From Eledone cirrhosa (Eukaryota), in NCBI GenBank assembly GCA_964016885.1, contig OZ024743.1, positions 322,896,001 to 322,960,000 of the forward strand: a stretch of DNA of 64,000 nucleotides, given 5' to 3'. Both the position numbers and the translations under genes were made by a program. Positions 28,103 through 42,600 of the stretch are shown piece by piece (positions within the stretch are counted from its first letter, which is position 1; each line of letters begins with the position of its first letter). The notes below the pieces were generated by a model. The model made no database searches and was not told the origin of the DNA. It saw only the letters and a program-made list of their open reading frames with translations.

Positions 28103-31100
28103 CTCAACTTATCATTACTGCCTACCTCACCTCTTTAGTCAACTTGCTTCTCAGACCAGAAATGGCATCAATCTCATCATTACTGCCTACATTCACCTCC
28201 TTTGGTCAAGCTTGTTTCTCAGACCACAAATTACCTCAATCTCATCATTATTGCCTACCTCACCTCCTTTAGTCAAGCTTGCTTCTCAGACCACAAATGA
28301 CCTCAATCTCATCATTACTGCCTACCTCACCTCCTTTAGTCATGCTTGCTTCTGAGACCACAAATGACCTAAATCTCATCATTACTGCCAACCACGCCTC
28401 CTTTAGTCAAGCTTGCTTCTCAGACCACAAATGACCTCAATCTCATCATTACTGCCAACCACGCCTCCTTTAGTCAAGCTTGCTTCTAGACCACAAATGA
28501 TTTCAATCTTATCATTACTGTCTACCACACCACCTACGGTCAAGCTTGCTTCTCAGACCACAAATGACCTCAATCTCATCATTACTGCCAACCACACCTC
28601 CTTTAGTCAAACTTGCTTCTCAGACCACAAATGATCTCAACTTATCATTACTGCCTACCACACCTCCTTTGGTCAAGTTTTCTTCTCAGACCACAAATGA
28701 CCTCAACTTATCATTAGAGCCTACCTCACCTCCTTTAGTCAAGCTTGCTTCTTAGACCACAATTGATCTCAATCTCATCATTACTGCCTACCTCACCTCC
28801 TTTAGTCAAGCTTGCTTCTCAGACCACAATTGATCTCAATCTCATCATTACAGCCTACCTCACCTCCTTTAGTCAAGTTTGCTTCTCAGAACACAAATGA
28901 CATCAATCTCATCATTACTGCCTACATCACATCCTTTAGTCAAGCTTGCTTCTCAGACCACAAACGAACTCAACTCATCATTACTCCCCAACTCATCTCC
29001 TTTGGTCAAGCTTGCTTCTCAGACGACAAACGCACTCAACTTATCATTACTGCCTACCTCACCTCCTTTAGTCAAGCTTGCTTCTCAGACCACAAATGAC
29101 ATCAATATCATCATTACTGCCTACCTCACCTCCTTTGGTCAATATTGCTTCTCAGACCACAAATGACCTCAGTCTCATCATTACAGCCTACCTCACCTCC
29201 TTTAGTCAAGCTTGCTTCTCAGACCATAAATGACCTCAATCTCACCTTTAATGCCTACCTCACCTCCTTTAGTCAAGCTTGCTTCTCAGACCACAAATGA
29301 CCTCAATCTCATCATTACTGCCAACCACGCCTCCTTTAGTCAAGCTTGCTTCTCAGACCACAAATGACCTCAATCTCATCATTACTGCCTACCTCACCTC
29401 CTTTGGTCAAGCTTTCTTCTCAGAAAATAAATGACCTCAATCTCATCATTACTGCCTACCTCAACATCTTTGGTGAAGCTTTCTTCTCAGACCACAAATG
29501 ACCTCAATCTCATCATTACTGCCTACCTCACCTATTTTAGTCAAGCTTGCTTCTCAGACCACAAATGACTCCACTTATCATTACTGCCTACCTCACCTCC
29601 TTTAGTCAAGTTTGCTTCTCAGACCACAAATGACCTCAATCTCATAATTACTGCCTAACTCACCTCCTTAATGAAGCTTGCTTCTCAGACCACAAATGAC
29701 ATCAATATCATCATTACTGCCTACCTCACCTCCTTTGGTCAATATTGCTTCTCAGACCACAAATGACATCAATCTCATCATTAAAGCCTACCTCACATCC
29801 TTTAGTCAAGCTTGCTTCTCAGACCACAAACGAACTCAACTTATCATTACTGCCTAACTCACCACCTTTAGTCAAGCTTGCTTCTCAGACTACAAATGAC
29901 GTCAATCTCACCATTACTGTCTACCTCACCTCCTTTGGTCAAGCTTGCTTCTCAGACCACAAATGACCTCAACTTATTATTACTGCCTACCTCACCTCCT
30001 TTAGTCAAGCTTGCGTCTCAGACCACAAATGACCTCAATCTCATCATTACTGCCAACCACGCCTCCTTTAGTCAAGCTTGCTTCTCAGACCACAAATGAC
30101 CTAAATCTCATCATTACTGCCAACCACACCTCCTTTAGTCAAGCTTGCTTCTCAGACCACAAATGACCTCAATCTCATCATTACTGCCAACCACGCCTCC
30201 TTTAGTCAAGCTTGCTTCTAGACCACAAATGATTTCAATCTTATCATTACTGCCTACCTCACCTCCTTTGGTCAAGCTTGCTTCTCGGACCACAAATGAC
30301 CTCAATCTCATCATTACAGCCTACCTCACCTCCTTTAGTCAAGCCTGCTTTTAAGACCACAAATGACCTCAACATATCATTACTGCCTACCTCACCTCCT
30401 TTAGTCAAGCTTGCTTCTCAGACCACAACTGACCTCAATCTCATCATTAATGCCTACATCACCTTTAGTCAAGCTTGCTTCTCAGACCACAAATGACATC
30501 AATCTCATCATTACAGCCTACCACACCTCCTTTGGTCAATCTTGCTTCTCAGACCACAAATGACCTCAACTTATCATTACTGCCAACCACACCTCCTTTA
30601 GTCAAGCTTTCTTCTCAGACCACAAATGACCTCAATCTCATCATTACTGCCTACATCACCTCCTTTAGTCATGCTTGCTTCTCAGACCACAAATGACCTC
30701 AATCTCATCATTACTGCCAACCACGCCTCCTTTAGTCAAGCTTGCTTCTAGACCACAAATGATTTCAATCTTATCATTACTGTCTACCACACCACCTACG
30801 GTCAAGCTTGCTTCTCAGACCACAAATGACCTCAATCTCATCATTACTGCCAACCACACCTCCTTTAGTCAAACTTGCTTCTCAGACCACAAATGATCTC
30901 AACTTATCATTACTGCCTACCACACCTCCTTTGGTCAAGTTTTCTTCTCAGACCACAAATGACCTCAACTTATCATTACTGCCTACCTCACCTCTTTAGT
31001 CAACTTGCTTCTCAGACCAGAAATGGCATCAATCTCATCATTACTGCCTACATTCACCTCCTTTGGTCAAGCTTGCTTCTCAGACCACAAATTACCTCAA

Positions 31101-33839
31101 TCTCATCATTATTGCCTACCTCACCTCCTTTAGTCAAGCTTGCTTCTCAGACCACAAATGACCTCAATCTCATCATTACTGCCTACCTCACCTCCTTTAG
31201 TCATGCTTGCTTCTGAGACCACAAATGACCTAAATCTCATCATTACTGCCAACCACGCCTCCTTTAGTCAAGCTTGCTTCTCAGACCACAAATGACCTCA
31301 ATCTCATCATTACTGCCAACCACGCCTCCTTTAGTCAAGCTTGCTTCTAGACCACAAATGATTTCAATCTTATCATTACTGTCTACCACACCACCTACGG
31401 TCAAGCTTGCTTCTCAGACCACAAATGACCTCAATCTCATCATTACTGCCAACCACACCTCCTTTAGTCAAACTTGCTTCTCAGACCACAAATGATCTCA
31501 ACTTATCATTACTGCCTACCACACCTCCTTTGGTCAAGTTTTCTTCTCAGACCACAAATGACCTCAACTTATCATTAGAGCCTACCTCACCTCCTTTAGT
31601 CAAGCTTGCTTCTTAGACCACAATTGATCTCAATCTCATCATTACTGCCTACCTCACCTCCTTTAGTCAAGCTTGCTTCTCAGACCACAATTGATCTCAA
31701 TCTCATCATTACAGCCTACCTCACCTCCTTTAGTCAAGTTTGCTTCTCAGAACACAAATGACATCAATCTCATCATTACTGCCTACATCACATCCTTTAG
31801 TCAAGCTTGCTTCTCAGACCACAAACGAACTCAACTCATCATTACTCCCCAACTCATCTCCTTTGGTCAAGCTTGCTTCTCAGACGACAAACGCACTCAA
31901 CTTATCATTACTGCCTACCTCACCTCCTTTAGTCAAGCTTGCTTCTCAGACCACAAATGACATCAATATCATCATTACTGCCTACCTCACCTCCTTTGGT
32001 CAATATTGCTTCTCAGACCACAAATGACCTCAGTCTCATCATTACAGCCTACCTCACCTCCTTTAGTCAAGCTTGCTTCTCAGACCATAAATGACCTCAA
32101 TCTCACCTTTAATGCCTACCTCACCTCCTTTAGTCAAGCTTGCTTCTCAGACCACAAATGACCTCAATCTCATCATTACTGCCAACCACGCCTCCTTTAG
32201 TCAAGCTTGCTTCTCAGACCACAAATGACCTCAATCTCATCATTACTGCCTACCTCACCTCCTTTGGTCAAGCTTTCTTCTCAGAAAATAAATGACCTCA
32301 ATCTCATCATTACTGCCTACCTCAACATCTTTGGTGAAGCTTTCTTCTCAGACCACAAATGACCTCAATCTCATCATTACTGCCTACCTCACCTATTTTA
32401 GTCAAGCTTGCTTCTCAGACCACAAATGACTCCACTTATCATTACTGCCTACCTCACCTCCTTTAGTCAAGTTTGCTTCTCAGACCACAAATGACCTCAA
32501 TCTCATAATTACTGCCTAACTCACCTCCTTAATGAAGCTTGCTTCTCAGACCACAAATGACATCAATATCATCATTACTGCCTACCTCACCTCCTTTGGT
32601 CAATATTGCTTCTCAGACCACAAATGACATCAATCTCATCATTAAAGCCTACCTCACATCCTTTAGTCAAGCTTGCTTCTCAGACCACAAACGAACTCAA
32701 CTTATCATTACTGCCTAACTCACCACCTTTAGTCAAGCTTGCTTCTCAGACTACAAATGACGTCAATCTCACCATTACTGTCTACCTCACCTCCTTTGGT
32801 CAAGCTTGCTTCTCAGACCACAAATGACCTCAACTTATTATTACTGCCTACCTCACCTCCTTTAGTCAAGCTTGCGTCTCAGACCACAAATGACCTCAAT
32901 CTCATCATTACTGCCAACCACGCCTCCTTTAGTCAAGCTTGCTTCTCAGACCACAAATGACCTCAATCTCATCATTACTGCCAACCACACCTCCTTTAGT
33001 CAAGCTTGCTTCTCAGACCACAAATGACCTCAATCTCATCATTACTGCCAACCACGCCTCCTTTAGTCAAGCTTGCTTCTAGACCACAAATGATTTCAAT
33101 CTTATCATTACTGCCTACCTCACCTCCTTTGGTCAAGCTTGCTTCTCGGACCACAAATGACCTCAATCTCATCATTACAGCCTACCTCACCTCCTTTAGT
33201 CAAGCCTGCTTTTAAGACCACAAATGACCTCAACATATCATTACTGCCTACCTCACCTCCTTTAGTCAAGCTTGCTTCTCAGACCACAACTGACCTCAAT
33301 CTCATCATTAATGCCTACATCACCTTTAGTCAAGCTTGCTTCTCAGACCACAAATGACATCAATCTCATCATTACAGCCTACCACACCTCCTTTGGTCAA
33401 TCTTGCTTCTCAGACCACAAATGACCTCAACTTATCATTACTGCCAACCACACCTCCTTTAGTCAAGCTTTCTTCTCAGACCACAAATGACCTCAATCTC
33501 ATCATTACTGCCTACATCACCTCCTTTAGTCATGCTTGCTTCTCAGACCACACATGACCTCAATCTCATCATTACTGCCAACCACGCCTCCTTTAGTCAA
33601 GCTTGCTTCTAGACCACAAATGATTTCAATCTTATCATTACTGTCTACCACACCACCTACGGTCAAGCTTGCTTCTCAGACCACAAATGACCTCAATCTC
33701 ATCATTACTGCCAACCACACCTCCTTTAGTCAAACTTGCTTCTCAGACCACAAATGATCTCAACTTATCATTACTGCCTACCACACCTCCTTTGGTCAAG
33801 TTTTCTTCTCAGACCACAAATGACCTCAACTTATCATTA
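28103..33839 (+). repeat. 2,861 bp tandem duplication nested in the second 12.9 kb unit
   Basis: ORF pairs 28413/31274, 28812/31673 and 29745/32606 sit at offset 2861 and carry the same diagnostic substitutions as in the first unit. Confidence 0.95.
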
Positions 33840-36800
33840 GAGCCTACCTCACCTCCTTTAGTCAAGCTTGCTTCTCAGACCACAATTGATCTCAATCTCA
33901 TCATTACTGCCTACCTCACCTCCTTTAGTCAAGTTTGCTTCTCAGAACACAAATGACATCAATCTCATCATTACTGCCTACATCACATCCTTTAGTCAAG
34001 CTTGCTTCTCAGGCCACAAACGAACTCAACTCATCATTACTCCCCAACTCACCTCCTTTGGTCAAGCTTGCTTCTCAGACGACAAATGACATCAATATCA
34101 TCATTACTGCCTACCTCACCTCCTTTGGTCAATATTGCTTCTCAGACCACAAATGACCTCAGTCTCATCATTACAGCCTACCTCCCTCCTTTAGTCAAGC
34201 TTGCTTCTCAGACCATAAATGACCTCAATCTCACCTTTAATGCCTACCTCACCTCCTTTAGTCAAGCTTGCTTCTCAGACCACAAATGACCTCAATCTCA
34301 TCATTACTGCCAACCACGCCTCCTTTAGTCAAGCTTGCTTCTCAGACCACAAATGACCTCAATCTCATCATTACTGCCTACCACACCTCCTTTGGTCAAG
34401 CTTTCTTCTCAGACCACAAATGACCTCAACTTAACATTAGAGCCTACCTCACCCCCTTTAGTCAAGCTTGCTTCTCAGACCACAATTGATCTCAATCTCA
34501 TCATTACCGCCTACCTCACCTCCTTTGGTCAAGCTTTCTTCTCAGAAAACAAATGACCTCAATCTCATCATTACTGCCTACCTCACCTATTTTAGTCAAG
34601 CTTGCTTCTCAGACCACAAATGACTCCACTTATCATTACTGCCTACCTCACCTCCTTTAGTCAAGTTTGCTTCTCAGACCACAAATGACCTCAATCTCAT
34701 AATTACTGCCTAACTCACCTCCTTTAGTGAAGCTTGCTTCTCAGACCACAAATGACATCAATATCATCATTACTGCCTACCTCACCTCCTTTGGTCAATA
34801 TTGCTTCTCAGACCACAAATGACATCAATCTCATCATTAAAGCCTACCTCACATCCTTTAGTCAAGCTTGCTTCTCAGACCACAAACGAACTCAACTTAT
34901 CATTACTGCCTAACTCACCACCTTTAGTCAAGCTTGCTTCTCAGACTACAAATGACGTCAATCTCACCATTACTGTCTACCTCACCTCCTTTGGTCAAGC
35001 TTGCTTCTCAGACCACAAATGACCTCAACTTATTATTACTGCCTACCTCACCTCCTTTAGTCAAGCTTGCGTCTCAGACCACAAATGACCTCAATCTCAT
35101 CATTACTGCCAACCACGCCTCCTTTAGTCAAGCTTGCTTCTCAGACCACAAATGACCTCAATCTCATCATTACTGCCAACCACACATCCTTTAGTCAAGC
35201 TTGCTTCTCAGACCACAAATGACCTCAATCTCATCATTACTGCCAACCACGCCTCCTTTAGTCAAGCTTGCTTCTCGGACCACAAATGACCTCAAACTCA
35301 TCATTACTGCCTACATCACCTTTAGTCAAGCTTGCTTCTCAGACCACAAATGATCTCAACTTATAACTACTGCCTACCTAACCTCCTTTGGTCAAGCTTT
35401 CTTCTCAGACCACAAATGACCTCAACTTATCTTTACAGCCTACCTCACCTCCTTTAGTCAAGCTTGCTTCTCAGAAAACAAATGACCTCAATCTCATCAT
35501 TACTGCCTAGCTCAACTCCTTTGGTAAAGCTTTCTTCTCAGACCACAAATGACCTCAACCTCATCATTACTGCCTAACTCACCTAGTTTAGTCAAGCTTG
35601 CTTCTCAGACATCAAATGACCTCAAATTATCATTACTGCCTACCTAACCTCCTTTAGTCAAGTTTGCTTCTCAGACCACAAATGACCTCAATCTCATCAT
35701 TACTGCCTACCTCACCTCCTTTGGTCAATATTGCTTCTCAGACCACAAATTACCTCAATCTCATCATTACAGCCTACCTCACCTCTTTTAGTCAAGCTTG
35801 CTTCTCAGACCACAAATGACATCAATCTCATCATTACTGCCTACCTCACATCCTTTTGTCAAGCTTGCTTCTCAGATAACAAATGAAACTCAGCATATCA
35901 TTACTGCCTAACTCACCTCCTTTAGTCAAGCTTGCTTCTCAGACCACAAATTACCTCAATCTCATCATTACTGCCAACTACGCCTCCTTCAGTCAAGCTT
36001 GCTTCTCAGACCACAATTGACCTCAATCTTATCATTACTGCCTACATTATCTCCTTTAGTCAAGCTTGCTTCTCAGACCACAAATGACCTCAATCTCATC
36101 ATTACTGCCAACCACGCCTCCTTTAGTCAAGCTTGCTTCCAGACGACAAGTGATTTCAATCTTATCATTACTGCCTACCTCAGCTCCTTTGGTCAAGCTT
36201 GCTTCTCGGACCACAAATGACCTCAATCTCATCATTACAGCCTACCTCACCTCCTTTAGTCAAGCCTGCTTTTAAGACCACAAATGACCTCAACTTATCA
36301 TTACTGCCTTCCTCACCTCCTTTAGTCAAGCTTGCTTCTCAGACCACAAATGACCTCAATCTCAACATTAATGCCTACATCACCTTTATTTAAGCTTGCT
36401 TCTCAGACCACAAATGATCTCAACTTATCATTACTGCCACCCACACCTCCTTTAGTCAAGCTTGCTTCTCAGACCACAAATGACCTCAATCTCATCATTA
36501 CTGCATACATTACATTTAGTCAAGCTTGCTTCTCAGACCAAAAATGATCTCAACTTATCATTACTGCCTACCTAACCTCCTTTGGTCAAGCTTTCTTCTC
36601 AGACCACAAATGACCTCAACTTAATTATTACAGCCTACCTCACCTCCTTTAGTCAAGCTTGCTTCTCCGACCACAAATGACCTCAATCTCATCATTACTG
36701 CCTACCTCACCTCCTTTAGTCAAGCTTGCTTCTCAGACCACAAATGACATCAATATCATCATTACTGCCTACCTCACGTCCTTTGGTCAATATTGATTCT

Positions 36801-39615
36801 CAGACCACAAATGACCCCAATCTCATCATTACAGCCTACCTCACCTCCTTTAGTCAAGCTTGCTTCTCAGACCACAAATGACATCAATCTCATCATTACT
36901 GCCTACCTCACATCCTTTAGTCAAGCTTGCTTCTCAGACCTCAAACGACCCCAACTTATCAATACTGTCTACCCCACATCCTTTAGTCAAGCTTGCTTCT
37001 CAGACCACAAATGACGTCAATCTCATCTTTACTGTCTACCTCACATCCTTTAGTCAAACTTGCGTCTCAGACCACAAATGACCTCAATCTTATCATCACA
37101 GCCTACCACACCTCCTTTAGTCAAGCTTGCTTCTCAGACCACAAATGATCTCTATTTCATCTTTAATGCCTACCTCACCTCCTTTAGTCAAGCTTGCTTC
37201 TCAGACCACAAATGACCTCAATCTCTTCATTACTGCCAAACACGCCTCCTTTAGTCAAGCTTGCTTCTAGACTACAAATGATTTCAATCTTATCATTACT
37301 ACAGCCTACCACACCTCCTTTGGTCAAGCTTGCTTTTCAGACGACAAATGACCTCAATCTCATCTTTAATGCCTACCTCACCTCCTTTAGTCTAGCTTGC
37401 TTTTCGGACCACAAATGACATCAATCTCATCATTACAGCCTACCTCACCTCCTTTAGTCAAGCTTGCTTCTCAGACCACAAATGACCTCAATCTCATCAT
37501 TACTGCCAACTACGCCTCCTTTAGTCAAGCTTGCTCCTCAGACCACAAATGACCTCAATCTCATCATTACTGCCAACTACGCCTCCTTTAGTCAAGCTTG
37601 CTCCTCAGACCACAAATGACATCAATCTCATCATTACAGCCTACCTCACCTCCTTTAGTCAAGCTTGCTTCTCAGACCACAAATGACCTCAATCTCATCA
37701 TTACTGCCAACCTACGTCTCCTTTACTCAAGCTTGCTCCTCAGACCACAAATGACATCAATCTCATCATTACTGCCTACCTCACATCCTTTAGTCAATCT
37801 TGCTTCTCAGAACACAAATGACCTCAACCTCATCATTACTGCCTACCTCACCTCTTTAGTCAAGCTTGCTTCTCAGACCACAAATGACCTCAACTTATCA
37901 TTACTGCCTACCTCACCTCTTTAGTCAACGTGCTTCTCAGACCACAAATGACATCAATCTCATCATTACTGTCTACCTCTCCTCCTTTAGTCAAGCTTGC
38001 TTCTCAGACCACAAATGACCTCAAATTATCATCACAGCCTACGTCACCTCCTTTAGTCAAGCTTGCTTCTCAGACCACAAATGACCTCAACTTATCATTA
38101 CTGCTTACCTCACCTCTTTAGTCAAGCTTGCTTCTCAGACCACAAATGACCTCAACTTATCATTACTGCCTACCTCACCTCATTAGTCAAGCTTGCTTCT
38201 CAGACCACAAATGACCTCAACTTATCATTACTGCTTACCTCACCTCTTTAGTCAAATTGGTTCTCAGACCACAAATGACATCAATATCATCATTACTGTC
38301 TACCTCACCTCCTTTACTCAAGCTTGCTTCTCAGACCACAAATGACCTCAATCTCATTATTACAGCCTACCTCACCTCCTTTGGACAAGCTTGCTTCTCA
38401 GACCACAAATGACCTCAAATTATCATCACAGCCTACCTCACCTCCTTTAGTCAAGCTTGCTTCTCAGACCACAATTGATCTCAATCTCATCATTACTGCC
38501 TACCTCACCTCCTTTGGTTAATCTTTCTTCTGAGACCACAAATGACCACAATCTCATCATTACTGTTTACCTCACATCCTGTAATCAAGCTTGCTTCTCA
38601 GACCACAAATGACCTCAATCTTATCTTTACTGCCTACATTATCTCCTTTAATCAAGCTTGCTTCTCCGACCACAAATGAACTCAATCTCGTCATTACAGC
38701 CTACCACACCTCCTTTGGTCAATCTTGCTTCTCAGACCACAAATGACATCAATCTCATCATTACTGCCTACCTCACATCCTTTAGTCAAGCTTGCTTCTC
38801 AGACCACAAATGACCTCAATCTTATCATTATTGCCTACCTTATCTCCTTTAGTCAAGCTTGCTTCTCAGACCACAAATGACCTCAACCTCATCATTACTG
38901 TCTACCTCACATCCTTTATTCAAGCTTGCTTCTCAGGCCAGAAATGACATGAATCTTATCAATACTGCCTACCTTATCTACTTTAGTGAAGCTTGCTTCT
39001 CAGACCACAAATGACCTCAATCTCATCTTTAATACCTACCTCACCTCCTTTAGTCAAGCTTGCTTCTCAGACCACAAATGACCTCATTCTCATCATTACT
39101 GCCAACCACGCCTCCTTTAGTCAAGCTTGCTTCTCAGACTACAAATGACCTCAATCTCATCATTACTGTCTACCTCACCTCCTTTAGTCAAGCTTGCTTC
39201 TAGAACACAAATGATTTCAATCTTATCATTACTGCCTACCACACCTCCTTTGGTCAAGCTTGCTTCTCGACCACAAATGACCTCAATCTCATCATTACAG
39301 CCTACGACACCTCCTTTGGTCAATCTTGCTTCTCAGACCACAAATGACCTCAATCTCATCATTACTGCCTACCTCACCTCCTTTAGTCAAGCTTGCTTCT
39401 CAGACCACAAATGACCTCAACTTATCATTACTGCCTACCTCACCTCTATAGTCAACTTGCTTCTCAGACCACAAATGACCTCAATCTCATCATTACAGCA
39501 TACCTCACCTCCTTTAGTCAAGCTTGCTTCTCACACCACAAATGACCTCAGCTTATCATTACTGCCTACCTCACCTCCTTTAATCAAGCTTGCTTCTCAG
39601 ACCACAAATGACCTG

Positions 39616-42600
39616 AATCTCATCATTACTGCCTTCATCACCTGTAGTCAAGCTTGCTTCTCCGACCACAAATGACCTCAATCTTATCATTACTGCCAAC
39701 ACACCTCCTTTTTGTCAAGCTTGCTTCTCAGACCACAAATGACCTCAACTTATCATTACTGCCAACCACACCTCCTTTTTGTCAAGCTTGCTTCTCAGAC
39801 CACAAATGACCTCAACTTATCATTATTGCCTATCTCAGATTTAGTCAAGCTTGCTTCTCAAACCACAAATGACATCAATCTCATCATTACTGCCTACCTC
39901 ACCTCTTTTGGTCAAGCTTGCTTCACAGGCCACAAATGACCTGAACTTATCATTACTGCCTACTTCACCTCCTTTAATCAAGCTTGCTTCTCAGACCACA
40001 AATGACCTCAATCTCATCATTACTGCCTACCTCACCTCCTTTATTCAAGCTTGCTTCTCAGACCACAAACGACCTCAATCTCATCATTACTACCTACCTC
40101 ACCTCATTTGGTCAAGCTTCCTTCTCAGACCACAAAAAATCTCAAACTTATCATTACTGCCTACCTCACCTCCTTTAGTCAAGCTTGCTTCTCAGACCAC
40201 AAATGACCTCAATCTCATCATGAATGCCTACCTAACCTCCTTTAGTCAAGCTTGCTTCTCAGACCACAAATGACCTCAACTTATCATTATTGCCTATCTC
40301 ACCTTTAGTCAAGCTTGCTTCTCCGACCACAAATGACCTCAATCTTATCATAAATGCCTACCTCACCTCCTTTGGTAAAGCTTGCTTCTCAGACCACAAA
40401 AGAACTCAACTTATCATTACAGCCTCTCTCACCTCCTTTAGTCAAGCTTGCTTCTCAGACCACAAATGACCTCAACTTATCATTACTGCCTACCTAACCT
40501 CCTTTAGTCAAGCTTGCTTCTCAGATCACAAATGACCTCAACTTATCATTACTGCCTACCTCACCTCCTTTAGTCAAGCTTGCTTCTCAGACCACAAATG
40601 ACCTCAATCTCATCATTACTGCCTACCTCACCTCCTTTAGTCAAGCTTGCTTCTCAGACAAAGAATGACCTCAAATTGTCATTACTGCCTACCTCACCTC
40701 CTTTGGTCAAGCCTGCTTCTCAGACCACAAATGACCTCAATCTCATCATTACAGCCTACCACACCTCCTTTGGTCAATATTGCTTCTCAGACCACAAATG
40801 ACCTCAATCTCATCATTACTGCCTACCTCACCTCCTTTAGTCAAGCTTGCTTCTCAGACCACAAATGACCTCAATCTCATCATTACTGCCTACCTCACCT
40901 CTTTAGTCAACATGCTTCTCAGACCACAAATGACATCAATCTCATTATTACAGCCTACCTCACCTCCTTTAGACAAGCTTGCTTCTCAGACCACAAATGA
41001 CCTCAAATTATCATCACAGCCTACTTCACCTCCTTTAGTCAAGCTTGCTTCTAAGACCACAATTGATCTCAATCTCATCATTACTGCCTACCTCACCTCC
41101 TTTGGTTAATCTTGCTTCTGAGACCACAAATGACCACAATCGCATCATTACTGTCTACCTCACCTCCTTTAGTCAAGCTTGCTTCTCAGACCACAAATTA
41201 CCTCAATCTCATTATTACAGCCTACCTCACCTTCTTTAGACAAGCTTGCTTCTCAGACCACAAATGACATCGATCTCATCATTACTGTCTACCTCACCTC
41301 CTTTAGTCAAGCTTGCTTCTCAGACCACAAATGACCTCAATCTCATTATTACAGCCTACCTCACCTCCTTTAGACAAGCTTGCTTCTCAGACCACAAATG
41401 ACCTCAAATTATCATCACAGTCTACCTCACCTCCTTTAGTCAAGCTTTCTTCTCAGACCACAAATGACCTCAACTTATCATTACTGCCTACCTAACCTCC
41501 TTTAGTCAAGCTTGCTTCTCAGACCACAAATGACCTCAACTTATCATAACTGCCTACCTCACCTCCTTTAATCAAGCTTGCTACTCAGACCACAAATGAC
41601 CTCAATACCATCATTACTGCCTTCATCACATTTAGTCAAGCTTGCTTCTGAGTTCACAAATGACCTCAACTTATCATTACTGCCTACCTCACCTCCTTTG
41701 GTCAAGCCTGTTTCTAAGACCACAAATGACCTCAACTTATCATTACTGCCCACCTCACCCCTTTAGTCAAGCTTACTTCTCAGACCGAAAATCACCTCAA
41801 CTTATCCTTACTGCCTACCTCACCTCCTTTAGTCAAGCTTGGTTCTCAGACCACAATGACCACAATCTCATCATTACTGTCTACCTCACATCCTTTAGTC
41901 AAGCTTGCTTCTCAGGCCACAAATGACCTCAATCTTATCATTACTGCCTACCTTATCTCCTTTAGTCAAGCTTGCTTCTCAGACCACAAATGACCTCAAT
42001 CTCATCTTTAATGCCTACCACACCTCCTTTAGTCAAGCTTGCTTCTCAGACCACAAATGACCTAAATCTCATTATTACAGCCTACCTCACTTCCTGTAGA
42101 CAAGCTTGCTTCTCAGACCACAAATGACCTCAAATTATCATCACAGCCTACCTCACCTCCTTTAGTCAAGCTTGCTTCTCAGACCACAATTGATCTCAAT
42201 CTCATCATTACTGCCAACTACGCCTCCTTTAGTCAAACTTGCTTCTCAGATCACAAATGACCTCAATCTCATCATTACTACCTACCTCACCTCCTTTGGT
42301 CAAGCCTGCTTCTCAGACCACAAATGACCTCAACTTATCATTACTGCCTAACTCACCTCCTTTAGTCAAGCTTGCTTCTCAGACCACAAATGACCTCAAC
42401 TTTTCATTACTGCCTACCTCACCTCTTTTAGTCAAGCTCGCTTCTCAGACAAAGAATGACCTCAAATTATCATTACTGCCTACCTCACATTCTTTGGTAA
42501 AGCTGGCTTCTTAGACCACAAATGACTTCAATCTCATCATTACTGCCTTCATCACATTTAGTCAAACTTGCTTCTCAGATCACAAATGACCTCAATCTCA

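Larger units (their letters stand above)
13199..39023 (+). repeat. Near-perfect 12,909 bp tandem duplication (about 13199-26107 and 26108-39016)
   Basis: ORFs from 13778 to 25415 recur identically at +12909 (26687 to 38324). The match starts near 13199/26108 and ends at 26114/39023. One difference seen by eye: C24240 vs T37149. Confidence 0.97.
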
